This document shows, in pieces, positions 11,093-22,050 of a stretch of 64,000 nucleotides of DNA. Made by a program: the position numbers and the translations under genes. The notes beneath the pieces are model-generated. The model did no database searches. It was not told the DNA's origin and saw nothing but the letters and a program-made list of their open reading frames with translations. Position 1 is the stretch's first letter; every line of letters starts with the position of its first letter. The DNA comes from Lepidodermella squamata. Lineage: Eukaryota; Animalia; Gastrotricha. The stretch covers positions 558,001-622,000 of the forward strand of contig JBLDXI010000032.1 of assembly GCA_047495785.1 (NCBI GenBank), in the 5' to 3' direction.

Positions 11093-13423
11093 ATGCGCTT
11101 TGATGCCTTGCTTTTCGCTATATGGTATGTCGCGACATTTCCTGCCATTAGCCAATCGTCGCAGATGACTTTCGAGAAATGGCTCAGCAAGCCTGAGCTG
11201 GATAATTTGCTACCAGCTACGTTGGCGCCATATTTTGACCAGCAAGTTAATTCGAAAACAGAATGCTTCTCTCACTGCATGAAAAATGCGAGTTGCAGTA
11301 GTTTGGCGTGCAGCGAGTTGAAACGCTTGTGCAAGCTGTACAGCCATCCGGGTTCTGGAAAGCCCCTTCCAAAACTGAAGCTAGACCTGGGGCAGGGTCA
11401 CAAAATGTACTATCGCAGTCACTTCTGCCCTCCCGGTTGGATAGCTGACAACGACAGCGACCGGTGTTATCTTCTTCAAAATGAAACGCTATGGCGGCAA
11501 TACTCTTGGAAGGTTTGCGACGAAAACTTTCAATCAGAGCTAGTCACATTCCAAAATGTCGATCAACGACGCCGGTTGTACGAAATTCTCAGGAATAACG
11601 CTCCTTCTAATACGACTAAATGGTGGACTGGTTATGCAGCTTTCGCAGCCAACGTCTGGCCAAGGCCCGTTCAAGAGATCAAAGGCTACATCAAACGCAT
11701 GGGAAATGTTGGCACAGATCTCGTGACTTTGACCAATGTCAAAGGACCCGAAGAATGTGCTAATAAGTGCGATCGAGTCTATCGCGACAGTTGTGTAGCT
11801 TTCACGTTCTACCGACGGGATAACTACTGCGTTTTGAAGTCGGCTTCTTCCAACGCACCGGGCGGATCAGGTGATGTTGATGCTTGGAACTATGAAAAGG
11901 TGCGAGGGCGGCCTGCAGCGCGGCGCGAGAATACGAAAATAAACTCCGCAAGTGTCAATACCTGCTACAGTGGAACCGCGGCTGCTGTGCTTACCAGTCA
12001 GAGATGCTCCGATATGTGTAAGGCAACGCGTGGCAGATGCGTTACCTTTCAATTTCGACCCGCTCCTCTGACGCCAGGTGGCACTTGCTGCCTGTTCTAC
12101 AACTCATTGTTCACATCAAGGGCAGTCGAAGCTGGCACGTTGTTATACGATTTGGTTGAAATTGACAAAGCCCCTTGCATTTTCGGTCAGCGGTATCACG
12201 ACAGTTGTTTAACGATAGCTTATGGCGACTTTCTACCCGCTACGCTTCAAAATGCTCGTTGCTCTGAAATGGGCGGTATTTTGACGGCCCCTATCGATGG
12301 ATCCCAAAAGTATCGACTCATAACTGTCGCCAGTGATCGGCTGGCTAACTTGGGCTTTAGCTTCCCTAATTTCATCATGGACTATGGCGCTATGAACCCC
12401 AGTACCTACCCGAATCCAGCGAATTGGACGACCCAAATTAATAAGCTGTACCTTGCTGGGTCGCCAGCCTATGAACTTTGGCCTTGGAGTGAGCCGCCGA
12501 GTTTGAATTCCGGAGAGTGGCTATGTGGTGCTGGGAAGAACCAGTTTCAGGATTTTGGAGTGGACGTCAGCAATCGAATCCTGTGTGAAATTCCCACATC
12601 TCAGTCTTACCCTCAAAATTGTCGATTCACGACGCCTGGTCGCGAATACAACGGAAGAATGACGAAAACGTCAAGTGGAGCTTTATGCGCTATGTGGAAC
12701 GGGACTGAATACAACTCAGCGGCAAAAAGCTTTCCTGAACTACACGTGTTTCATCGATACTGCAGGAACCCCGACATAGCTCGAATGCCGAAAGGGCCGT
12801 TCTGCATGAGGCAGGACAGCAAAACTACACCTGAATATTGCGACCCGCCCCCGATGTGCCCCGAAACCGATTGGGCACAGGGCCAAGTTTTTGACAACCC
12901 ATCCATTCCTTTTGCAACCATAAGTCCAACTAATGACTCTTATGAGTGGACTACTCAAAAATTTGATTTCAAGGCTAATGGAATCTGCAGCTTGGACATG
13001 AGTAACTGGTGTCCTTATTACTTTGGAGGGAGTTGCTACGTAATATACAAATTGCCAAGATTTCGCGCCGAAGCTAAGGCTATTTGTCAGCAAACTAATT
13101 CTCACCTGTTAACAATTGAAAGTGAAGCCGAACAATTGTACATTAACAGCATAATAATGAGTCAAGGAGCAAAATGGATGGCCTCGTTGTACGGCTATCA
13201 CCTGGGCTTGCAACGGCTCAATCCAAGTGATATGTTCACGACTTGGGATACCGGAACGCCTGTTACCTTTACATTTTACATGGCAAACAAACCGTCAGCT
13301 TCAGCTACGGCGGACTGCGTCTATTTCGGGTATCTTGACACTGTCTATTCCAGCGAGTGGTACGATCAAGGTTGCAGTCTGATTGAGGCGTATCCTATAT
13401 GCGAAATTGAATTGGCTGGTTGA
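11093..13423 (+). CDS. Intronless secreted mosaic protein: PAN/apple x3, C-type lectin-like x3, kringle (copy A)
   Basis: Signal peptide. PAN Cys patterns (ECFSHC..CSS..CKL; ECANKC..CVAFTF..CVLK), kringle (GREYNG..SGALCAMW..YCRNPD..GPFC) and CTLD (SCY..AKAICQ..SHLLTIESEAE..WYDQGC..PICE). Confidence 0.9.
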   Translation: MRFDALLFAIWYVATFPAISQSSQMTFEKWLSKPELDNLLPATLAPYFDQQVNSKTECFSHCMKNASCSSLACSELKRLCKLYSHPGSGKPLPKLKLDLGQGHKMYYRSHFCPPGWIADNDSDRCYLLQNETLWRQYSWKVCDENFQSELVTFQNVDQRRRLYEILRNNAPSNTTKWWTGYAAFAANVWPRPVQEIKGYIKRMGNVGTDLVTLTNVKGPEECANKCDRVYRDSCVAFTFYRRDNYCVLKSASSNAPGGSGDVDAWNYEKVRGRPAARRENTKINSASVNTCYSGTAAAVLTSQRCSDMCKATRGRCVTFQFRPAPLTPGGTCCLFYNSLFTSRAVEAGTLLYDLVEIDKAPCIFGQRYHDSCLTIAYGDFLPATLQNARCSEMGGILTAPIDGSQKYRLITVASDRLANLGFSFPNFIMDYGAMNPSTYPNPANWTTQINKLYLAGSPAYELWPWSEPPSLNSGEWLCGAGKNQFQDFGVDVSNRILCEIPTSQSYPQNCRFTTPGREYNGRMTKTSSGALCAMWNGTEYNSAAKSFPELHVFHRYCRNPDIARMPKGPFCMRQDSKTTPEYCDPPPMCPETDWAQGQVFDNPSIPFATISPTNDSYEWTTQKFDFKANGICSLDMSNWCPYYFGGSCYVIYKLPRFRAEAKAICQQTNSHLLTIESEAEQLYINSIIMSQGAKWMASLYGYHLGLQRLNPSDMFTTWDTGTPVTFTFYMANKPSASATADCVYFGYLDTVYSSEWYDQGCSLIEAYPICEIELAG

Positions 13424-13628
13424 TCCGAACTGAGGCCTTCAGTTGCAATCTGCAATGTCTGCTAATCAGAATGACTGCGAAGTGTAACATAGATTTTCAT
13501 CAGCTCTCTCATTCTCTATGATCTCTCTCTGCACAATAACCTGATACAATTTATCACTATGCCTAGTGAATAAAACATAGTTTTTTTAATTCAGACTCCA
13601 TTATCAGTCATTTTTTTCGAAACCGCAA

Positions 13629-13640
13629 GTCGGTCAAAAA
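13629..13640 (+). promoter_or_regulatory. GTCGGTCAAAA element upstream of GST7, representative of a recurring motif
   Basis: The same 9-mer recurs at 19280, 19529(rc), 20776, 24821, 27472, 27548(rc), 27609, 29183 and 29218, always upstream of a GST. Function is inferred. Confidence 0.65.
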
Positions 13641-13974
13641 CCATGACCCAGATTTAGCTACTAAAGGCATCCGCTCAGAGTGCGCTCTGAATGAATTAAA
13701 CCCCTCTTTTAAAGTAAAATTGCCGCGTGATCCATCACCACGCCGAAAAAAACATCACAAAGGGAGAGATGCTGTATATGCTGTAGGTATACTATGTTTG
13801 CTATTGGTAAACATAGCAGCTAACAGGCACCATTTCTCTATACGAATTGATTTTTTTGCCTGTTTTCACCGACATTGAATAGCGCTCATAAATACCGGGG
13901 GCACTGCCGCTTTTTTTGCCACACCTGCAGCCCATTTTCCTTTTGCTATTGATTGATAAATTTCTCACCGAAAC

Positions 13975-14613
13975 ATGGATAAAATAACACTTCATTACTT
14001 CAACGGTAAAGGACGCGCTGAGCCATCTCGATTTCTGCTCGCCTATGTCGGCAAGGAATACAAAGATCAGCGTTACGCCAGGGAGGACTGGCCAGCTTTC
14101 AAGCCCCAGTGTCCTCTGCAACAGCTGCCAGTTCTAGAATTCACGAACAAAGACGGGAAGTCAGTCATGCTGGCCCAAAGTGCCTCGATTTTCAGAACTC
14201 TGGCTTTATTCTTTGGTTTGAACGGCAAAACCATGGAGCAGCAAGCTCGAGCTGACGAAGCATTCGAAGCCCAACGAGAGATACTGGAGGCAAATGCCAA
14301 GGTTCTCTTCGAAAAAGACCCCGCAAAGAAAGCTGAACTTCAGAAGGCAGCTCAGGACATTGGCGCTCGTGTTTGGCCATTTTTGGAGAAACGAGCCAAG
14401 GAGAGCGGTGGAAAAGGCCTGGTGGCGGCGGATCACGTGACCTACCCGGACATTGTTCTCGGATTTATGTGGGATAACTTCCATGACCGGCCCAAGGATG
14501 AAATCGACGCTTTTTCCGCCAAATTTCCAACTATTTCCGATATCGGCAAGAAAATTTTGGACAATCCTGGTATCAAAGCCTACCTTGCCAAGCGTCCTAA
14601 AACGGAGTTCTGA
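13975..14613 (+). CDS. Intronless sigma-class-like GST (GST7)
   Basis: Complete 212 aa ORF with LHYFNGKGRAE, QQLP and QSA. Confidence 0.95.
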   Translation: MDKITLHYFNGKGRAEPSRFLLAYVGKEYKDQRYAREDWPAFKPQCPLQQLPVLEFTNKDGKSVMLAQSASIFRTLALFFGLNGKTMEQQARADEAFEAQREILEANAKVLFEKDPAKKAELQKAAQDIGARVWPFLEKRAKESGGKGLVAADHVTYPDIVLGFMWDNFHDRPKDEIDAFSAKFPTISDIGKKILDNPGIKAYLAKRPKTEF

Positions 14614-15607
14614 AGATAATAAATGATATTATTATACATACCTGCCTATATAAAAATATTGACTCGAGCTTTGTCTTATTTGTTGAATACTCCGGTATTT
14701 CTATTCCTTTTCGTATGGTTGAAAATAAATCACGCCTTGTCGCGATTTTATTTTATTCTTTACTAATAATCTACAGAAGTGCCAAGTCTGTTTCGGACAT
14801 TAAATGCTTACCTCAATTTTCTTCAACTGCGCCGCGTTCTGAAAGTGAGGGCCAGGCCTTATACTGAAAATCGCGGCGAATTTCGACCCATTTAGTTGGA
14901 TTTTGTTTATTAAATCGTGAACATTCCAGGAATTGGCATTTTCGGCCAGGTTACTCATTCAAAATTTGGTTTCACTTAAAAGCAAGACTTTTGTTTAGAA
15001 TTTCTCGCAAATATTGATGGACCGGGTAGTTCTAAACAACCTGAGCAAACGAGTATTCCGCAACAAAAATAAATCAGGGACTTCAAAAGAGCAGGCAAAA
15101 AATCAATAAAGCAGTCTGAAGATCTTGACAAAAAATGGTGACAAAAAAGACAGATGACTATTTCGAGATCCCCCTTCACAAACATTTCGAGCTCATTTGT
15201 CAATTTTTACCCGCTCAAATGCGTTTAGATTTTCTAATTCGCCAAAACTCACGATTGTTCACATTTTGTTGCTCTTTGATCGCTGCAATTCGTAGCCGAA
15301 ACCGTTGATTCTGCGCGAGACAACTTGGAAACTCCGGTCAGACTCTTTTCAGCGATGCGAGAACCAACGCAGCGTCTTCCCAACTTTGATCGCACCGTCT
15401 CTCATGTAATAAATGTTCATAAATGTTCGCCCGGCCACTCCTTTCTAAACCAATCAGGACGATTTCAACTCCTGAATAAAATTCTGTAACCACTTTGATG
15501 AACGTCAAATAAAAAGTAGTTCAGAAGTCTTCGTCTCTTTTTGATCTTACAATGCTATTGAGATAGTATTTAGGTATCACCAACCATTTATCATCAGAAT
15601 ATTAAAA

Positions 15608-16289
15608 CCCTTTCATGGCGGAATTTTTCATCTGCGGGAGAAAAAATATTTTACGGCAGTTCCAGAGGTCTTCGAAGGCCCTGATCACGATTTTGAAACC
15701 CGGTTGTCTATTTATCTATCACCGTTAAGGCTGTAAAAAACTGCCCGAAATCGCCCTATCCGCCTGGCTGATTTCAGGCGATCTTTCGAACACCCAAATT
15801 TCCGTGTCAGGCGTCTTCAGCTTTGGAATTTTAGATTCTTAATTACTCTCACGAAAATCCCCAAGAGGCTCAGCATTCAGATCTGAATTCTGCTTTTCCA
15901 GTTTTCCTCCCGACAGTCACGTACTCCGCCTGTATTAAAGTCTGGGCGGACGAATTCGGCCGGTTTGATTGAATTTCAATAGCGTCGTCATTTTTAATTT
16001 CCAACTGAAAAAAATTGACACAGAGGCCAATGAGACTATGGCGCATAAAAAATGATCAGAATGAACCTTTCAAGTTGAAAAAATCGAAATTTCAATCTCA
16101 GGTAGACTATTTTCGAATTGCTAGTATGTCCTGACCATGCAAGGTAATAGTTTCCAGGTCTTAAAGCCTTGTAGCCAACATCGAAAAGCAACATTCCTCA
16201 AAGGGCGATCAAGAATTCATCAAATTTAATTTTCTGCGAATTTTCGAAATCGTCGAAATTCCGAAATCGTCCTTCCCGCCGTGAAACGG
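15608..16289. mobile_element. Non-autonomous TIR element, possibly piggyBac-like
   Basis: Left end CCCTTTCATGGCGGAA versus reverse complement of the right end CCGTTTCACGGCGGGAA. TTAA/TAA-like flanks. Absent from duplicate copy A. Confidence 0.55.
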
Positions 16290-16304
16290 TAACATTGCAT
16301 CATG

Positions 16305-16480
16305 CCGCGGGGTTGGCGACAGAACGACTTGAATAGAAGCAATTGGCGCAATGCATTTGATGCAAAGAAAAAACTGGCGTTTTAATAATGATAAGGCACG
16401 CGACTGACTTGGCCGAGATGCAGAAAGTTAGTGTTTACGTCTTTTGTTTCTATTCTCGGCGTTCTGTCGCCCACCCCGCG
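16305..16480. mobile_element. MITE with 21-bp terminal inverted repeats
   Basis: CGCGGGGTTGGCGACAGAACG ... CGTTCTGTCGCCCACCCCGCG (1 mismatch). Absent from copy A. Confidence 0.7.
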
Positions 16481-16750
16481 ATATTATACTCATGGTGCGT
16501 ATGCGTGCAGGCTTTATTCAAAGTTTAATCGATTCATGCTCACGCTTTAGGAAATGTCCGGCTGCAACTTGATGAAGTTCCGATACAATAATATGACTGA
16601 CAGCTTCACTGTGCACGCAGTACGATCGTCTTGGGCGCCGTTGTGGAAGACACCTGGTAACGTGCCAATATCGCACACAGCGATACAACTAACCCTAGCC
16701 GACTGAGCAGACTATCGCTTTTCTTTTTCCTGGGAAAATCGACCATAGCA

Positions 16751-19096
16751 ATGCTCATCGATGCCTTTATTTCATCTATATTGCTGCTCGTGGCATCTCC
16801 TACCATTTGTCAATCGTCGATGATTACTTTCGAGAAATGGCTTTCCAAGCCTGAGTTGGATAATTTGCTGCCGGCTACTTTGATGCCATACTTTGACCAG
16901 CAAGTTAATTCGAAAACAGAATGCTTTTCTCACTGCACGAAGAATGCGAGTTGCAGTAGTTTGGCTTACAGCGAGTTGAAACGCTTGTGCAAGCTGTACA
17001 GTCATCCGGGTTCTGCAAAACCGCTGCCAAAACTGAAGCTAGACTTGGGGCAGGGTCACAAAATGTACTATCGCAGTCACTTCTGCCCACCTGGTTGGAT
17101 AGCGGACAACGATAGCGATCGGTGTTATCTTCTTCAAAACGAAACGCTCTGGCGTCAATACTCCTGGAAGGCTTGCGACGAAAACTTTCAATCAGAGCTA
17201 GTCACTTTCCAAAATATTGATCAACGCCGCCGACTGTACGAAATTCTCAAGAATAACGCGCCTTCTAATACGACTAAATGGTGGACTGGTTATGCAGCTT
17301 TCGCAGCCAACGTCTGGCCAAGGCCCGTTCAAGAGATTAAAGGCTACATCAAACGCATGGGAAATGTTGGCTTAGATCTCGTGACGTTGACCAATATCAA
17401 AGGACCCGAGGAATGTGCTAATAAGTGCGATCGAGTCTATCGCGACAGCTGTGTTGCTTTCACGTTCTACCGACGAGATAACTACTGCGTTTTGAAGTCG
17501 GCTTCTTCAAACTCACCGGGCGGATCGGGTGATGTTGATGCTTGGAACTATGAAAAAGTGCGAGGACGGCCTGCAGCGCGGCGTGAGAATACAAAAATTA
17601 ACTCCGCAAATGTCAATAACTGCTACAGTGGAACCACGGATGCTGTGCTTACCCTTCAGAGATGCGCCGATATGTGTAAGGCAACGCGTGGCAGATGCGT
17701 GACCTTTCAATTTCGACCCGCTCCTCTGGCGCCTGGTGGAACTTGCTGCCTGTTCTACGAATCATTGTTCAACTCAAGATTGCCCGAAGTTGGAACGTAT
17801 GTCTACGATTTGGTTGAAATTAACAACCGCCCTTGCATTTTCGGCCAGCGGTATCACGACAGTTGTTTAACGATAGCTTATGGCGACTTTCTACCCGCTA
17901 CGCTTCAAAATGCTCGTTGCTCTGAAATGGGCGGTATTTTGACGGCCCCTATCGATGGATCCCAAAAGTATCGACTCATAACTGTCGCCAGTGATCGGCT
18001 GGCTAACTTGGGTTTTAGCTACCCTAATTTCATTATGGACTATGGCGCTATGAACCCCAGTACCTACCCGAATCCAGCAAATTGGACGACCCAAATTAAC
18101 AAGCTGTACCTTGCTGGGTCGCCAGCCTATGAACTTTGGCCTTGGAGTGAGCCGCCGAGTTTGAATTCCGGAGAGTGGCTATGTGGTGCTGGGAAGAACC
18201 AGTTTCAGGATTTTGGAGTGGACGTCAGCAATCGAATCCTGTGTGAAATTCCCACATCTCAGTCTTACCCTCAAAACTGTCGATTCACGCCATCAGGTCG
18301 CGAATACAACGGAAGAATGACGAAAACGTCAAGTGGAGCTTTATGCGCTATGTGGAACGGGACTGAATACAACTCAGCGGCAAAAAGCTTTCCTGAACTA
18401 CACGTGTTTCATCGATACTGCAGGAACCCCGACATAGCTCGGATGCCGAAAGGACCTTTCTGCATGAGGCAGGACAGCAAAACTACGCCTGAATACTGCG
18501 ACCTGCCCCCGATGTGCCCCGAAACAGATTGGGCGCAGGGCCAAGTTTTTGACAGCCCATCCATTCCGTTTGCAACCATAAGTCCAACTAATGACTCTTA
18601 TGAGTGGACTACTCAAAAATTTGATTTCAAGGCTAACGGAATCTGCAGCTTGGACATGAGTAACTGGTGTCCTTATTACTTTGGAGGGAGTTGCTACGTA
18701 ATATACAAATTGCCAAGATTTCGCGCCGAAGCTAAGGCTATTTGTCAGCAAACTAATTCTCACCTGTTAACAATTGAAAGTGAAGCCGAACAATTGTACA
18801 TTAACAGCATAATAATGAGTCAAGGAGCAAAATGGATGGCCTCGTTGTACGGCTATCACCTGGGCTTGCAACGGCTCAATCCAAGTGATATGTTCACGAC
18901 TTGGGATACCGGAACTCCTGTTACCTTCACGTTTTACTTGGCAGACAGACCATATCCGTTCAGCAAGCCAATTTCCTCTCAAGTGGGCTGCATCTACTTC
19001 GGGTATCATGACTCTATCTATTCCAGCGAGTGGTACGATGACAGTTGCAGTCTGGTTGAGGCGTATCCTATATGTGAAATTGAATTGGCTGGTTGA
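16751..19096 (+). CDS. Intronless secreted PAN/C-type lectin/kringle mosaic protein (copy B)
   Basis: 781 aa ORF, near-identical to 11093-13423. Confidence 0.9.
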   Translation: MLIDAFISSILLLVASPTICQSSMITFEKWLSKPELDNLLPATLMPYFDQQVNSKTECFSHCTKNASCSSLAYSELKRLCKLYSHPGSAKPLPKLKLDLGQGHKMYYRSHFCPPGWIADNDSDRCYLLQNETLWRQYSWKACDENFQSELVTFQNIDQRRRLYEILKNNAPSNTTKWWTGYAAFAANVWPRPVQEIKGYIKRMGNVGLDLVTLTNIKGPEECANKCDRVYRDSCVAFTFYRRDNYCVLKSASSNSPGGSGDVDAWNYEKVRGRPAARRENTKINSANVNNCYSGTTDAVLTLQRCADMCKATRGRCVTFQFRPAPLAPGGTCCLFYESLFNSRLPEVGTYVYDLVEINNRPCIFGQRYHDSCLTIAYGDFLPATLQNARCSEMGGILTAPIDGSQKYRLITVASDRLANLGFSYPNFIMDYGAMNPSTYPNPANWTTQINKLYLAGSPAYELWPWSEPPSLNSGEWLCGAGKNQFQDFGVDVSNRILCEIPTSQSYPQNCRFTPSGREYNGRMTKTSSGALCAMWNGTEYNSAAKSFPELHVFHRYCRNPDIARMPKGPFCMRQDSKTTPEYCDLPPMCPETDWAQGQVFDSPSIPFATISPTNDSYEWTTQKFDFKANGICSLDMSNWCPYYFGGSCYVIYKLPRFRAEAKAICQQTNSHLLTIESEAEQLYINSIIMSQGAKWMASLYGYHLGLQRLNPSDMFTTWDTGTPVTFTFYLADRPYPFSKPISSQVGCIYFGYHDSIYSSEWYDDSCSLVEAYPICEIELAG

Positions 19097-19630
19097 TACA
19101 AACTGAGGCCATCAGTCGCAATGTGCAAGGCCTAGCAGGGATGACCGCTAAGTAAAAAATTTTATTATATCATTTTATCTCTCATTCTGTTCTATATAAT
19201 CTCTATGTGTATAATAAATTTCCCATTTTTTTTTGAACTTCGGATTCCTGATGGAAGAATATTTTTTTTTAAACCGTAAGTCGGTCAAAAAACACAGGAA
19301 TCATATTCAGCTATCTAAGGTCTCCGCTCAGATCGACTAGGCTCTGAATGAATTGAACTCCTCTTTTGAAGTAAAATCGCCCCGTGATCCACGTGGCGAA
19401 AAAACATCAAAAGAAGAAATGAAAGCAGGTGCTATGATATGCTGCTACGAGCATGCTATGTGTGCTACTGGTGAACATTGCAGCTAGTACGCCCTATGTC
19501 TTTATACGAATTGATTTTTTTGCCTATTTTGACCGACATTGAATAGCGCTCATAAATACCTGCACTGCCGCTTTTTTTGACACACCTGCAGCTCATTTTC
19601 CTTTTGCGATTGATTGATGCTCAACAAAAC

Positions 19631-19706
19631 ATGGATAAGGATAGCAAAATTACCTTACATTACTTCAACGGCAAAGGTCGAGCTGAGTTATCTCGACTAC
19701 TACTCG
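19631..19706 (+). pseudogene. GST pseudogene: 5' stub only, body deleted
   Basis: MDKDSKITLHYFNGKGRAELSRLLL is fused directly to sequence matching 14743 onward, which lies downstream of GST7. Confidence 0.88.
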
Positions 19707-21010
19707 ATTTTATTTTATTCTTTACTAATAATCTACAGAAGTGCCAAGTCTGTTTCGGACATTAAATGCTTACCTCAATTTTCTTCAACTGCGCCGCGTT
19801 CTGAAAGTGAGGGCCAGGCCTTATACTGAAAACCGCGGCGAATTTCGACCTATTTAGTTGGATTCTGTTTATTAAATCGTGAACATTCCAGGAAATTAAG
19901 ATTAAGATTTTCCAATTCGCCAAAACTCACGCATTTTGTTGCTCTTTGATCGCTGCAATTCGTAGCCGAAACCGTTGATTTTGCGCGGGACAACTTGGAA
20001 ACTCCGGTCAGACTCTTTTCAGCGATGCGAGAACCAACGTAGCATCTTCCCAACTTTGATCGCACCGTCTCTCATGTTATAAAAAAAGTTCATTTCTACC
20101 AGTTTCCGTGATTATATGATGTAACGAACAAGTATTCGGTTGTTTTTCATTTGGACACATGACAGTCAGCCAAAAAAATATCGAAATGTTGGGGTGATGA
20201 AACGAAGGCGAAATAATTACGTAATTAAATTTCCAAAATGTTCGAAAAGTTGAAAGCGTAAAAGAATTGTCTAATCACCAGTATTTCTCACTTTCCTTTC
20301 CAGTGATGAAGCATCTTTGGGAATTCTGAAATCGCATGAAAAAAACTTATAACATGATAAAAGTTGACCTTAGAAATTCGTGAGTAAAATCACATCCGCC
20401 AAATGAAAATCGCGATGAATCATCTCGGCATACAGGTGTCAGATTTATCTTACTTATTCATTTATGCTCGCATGAGAAAAAATCCGGAATAAACAATGCA
20501 GCGAAAAGGGTTTATATTTATGAGGGCTAATGAGCTTTTTATTTGTCGCTAGCTTGTGTTTTTACCTGGTCTCGCTGATGTTACGTCCATTGCAATACAA
20601 ATTCGTGCCAGTCGAGTGCATAAGAAAATGATGATAATTAATTTTCGAGGTTAAAATGCAAAAAAATCATTAATCACCAAAAATATCCGCCAAAAGCTTT
20701 ATGATGTAGCGTTCAATGAAGAAAATATCCCCGTTATTTCAATAGGCTTGTTAAAATATTCGCGTGACAAAGAAAGTCGGTCAAAAATAAGGTCATAAAA
20801 CGGAATTCAGGTGCTCTGATGCTATGGTTGCTGGCATAATATTATGTATTGCGCACCAGTCCTTGATATAAAGGAATCGATTCTTTCCCGCTATGACCTA
20901 CATAAAATAGCGTATAAATACTGGGGCGCTACCACATTTTCGCCATTCGTCCTACTTTCAGTGCAGTTTTCGCCTTTTATTATCAAGTTTAAGAAATTTC
21001 AGCCAGAACC

Positions 21011-21655
21011 ATGAATAAGGATAGCAAAATCACGCTGCATTACTTCGATGCCAAGGGCCGTGCTGAGCCATCTCGATTTCTGCTCGCCTACGTCGGCAAG
21101 GAGTACAAAGATCAGCGACATTCTAAGGAAGAATGGCCGACCTTCAAGCCACAGTGCCCCCTGCAGCAAATTCCTGTTCTCGAATTAACGGGCAAAGACG
21201 GCAAATCAGTCATGCTGGCCCAGAGCGCCTCAATTCTCCGAACTCTGGCTACAATGTTCGGTTTGAACGGCAAAACCCTGGAACAACAAGCTCGAGCTGA
21301 CGAAGCATTCGAAGCCCAGAAGGAGATGATGGAGGCAACCGCCAAAGTCCTCTTCGAAAAAGACCCGGCAAAGAAAGCCGAACTCCAGAAAGCTGTAGCA
21401 GATACGGGTGCTCGAGTTTGGCCGTACTTAGAGAAGCGTGCTAAGGAGAACAATGGCAAAGGTCTGGTAGCGGATCACGTGACCTACCCTGACATTGTCC
21501 AAGCTTTAATGTGGGACAACTTTCAAGCTCACCCGAAGGAAGCTGTTGATGGCTTCTATGCCAAGTTTCCAACTATTTGCGATATTGGCAAGAAGATACT
21601 GGAAAATCCTGGCATCAAAGCGCATCTAGCCAACCGTCCTAAAACGGAGTTCTGA
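21011..21655 (+). CDS. Intronless sigma-class-like GST (GST9)
   Basis: Complete 214 aa ORF, close paralog of GST7. TATAAA at ~20913. Confidence 0.95.
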   Translation: MNKDSKITLHYFDAKGRAEPSRFLLAYVGKEYKDQRHSKEEWPTFKPQCPLQQIPVLELTGKDGKSVMLAQSASILRTLATMFGLNGKTLEQQARADEAFEAQKEMMEATAKVLFEKDPAKKAELQKAVADTGARVWPYLEKRAKENNGKGLVADHVTYPDIVQALMWDNFQAHPKEAVDGFYAKFPTICDIGKKILENPGIKAHLANRPKTEF

Positions 21656-22050
21656 AGACCTGCCTAAATGACTCGAATTTTTCTAATATTTACTGTACTA
21701 TAGTCCTTTTTGTGTCTTAAAATTGTTAATAAATCATAGCTTTTTTTCGTTATTTTTTCATGATTTTGACCACGATTCATAATCCACAGACCTGTCTTTT
21801 ACCGCGGCGACAATAGTCATAGGTGTTCGCTCCATTGTTTACCCAGAATGAAAAAAGGGCACTACGAACACAAAAAGCTGACCCGCTATCCCTGGAAAAA
21901 AGCTCGAGATGACTATGGCGTTGTGCAAATACTTGAGCTAGAAAATTTGTCACCTGATTCGTCATCTTGCAAGCTATAAATACGGGTAGCGTTTCGCCTT
22001 AAGATGTAATAATCATATTCGATTGTTCTTTTTGAATCTCGCAAAAAATC

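Larger units (their letters stand above)
10642..20082. repeat. Tandem segmental duplication: copy A ~10642-15412, copy B ~15428-20082
   Basis: The GST6 3' end/UTR recurs at 15428. The mosaic gene, the GST promoter and the 14742-15412 segment all recur in order. Confidence 0.9.

Noticed and set aside
14760-15412. Duplicated segment (also 19706-20082) that might be a minus-strand gene
   Set aside because: No consistent open frame or recognisable motif. The similarity is explained by the tandem duplication.
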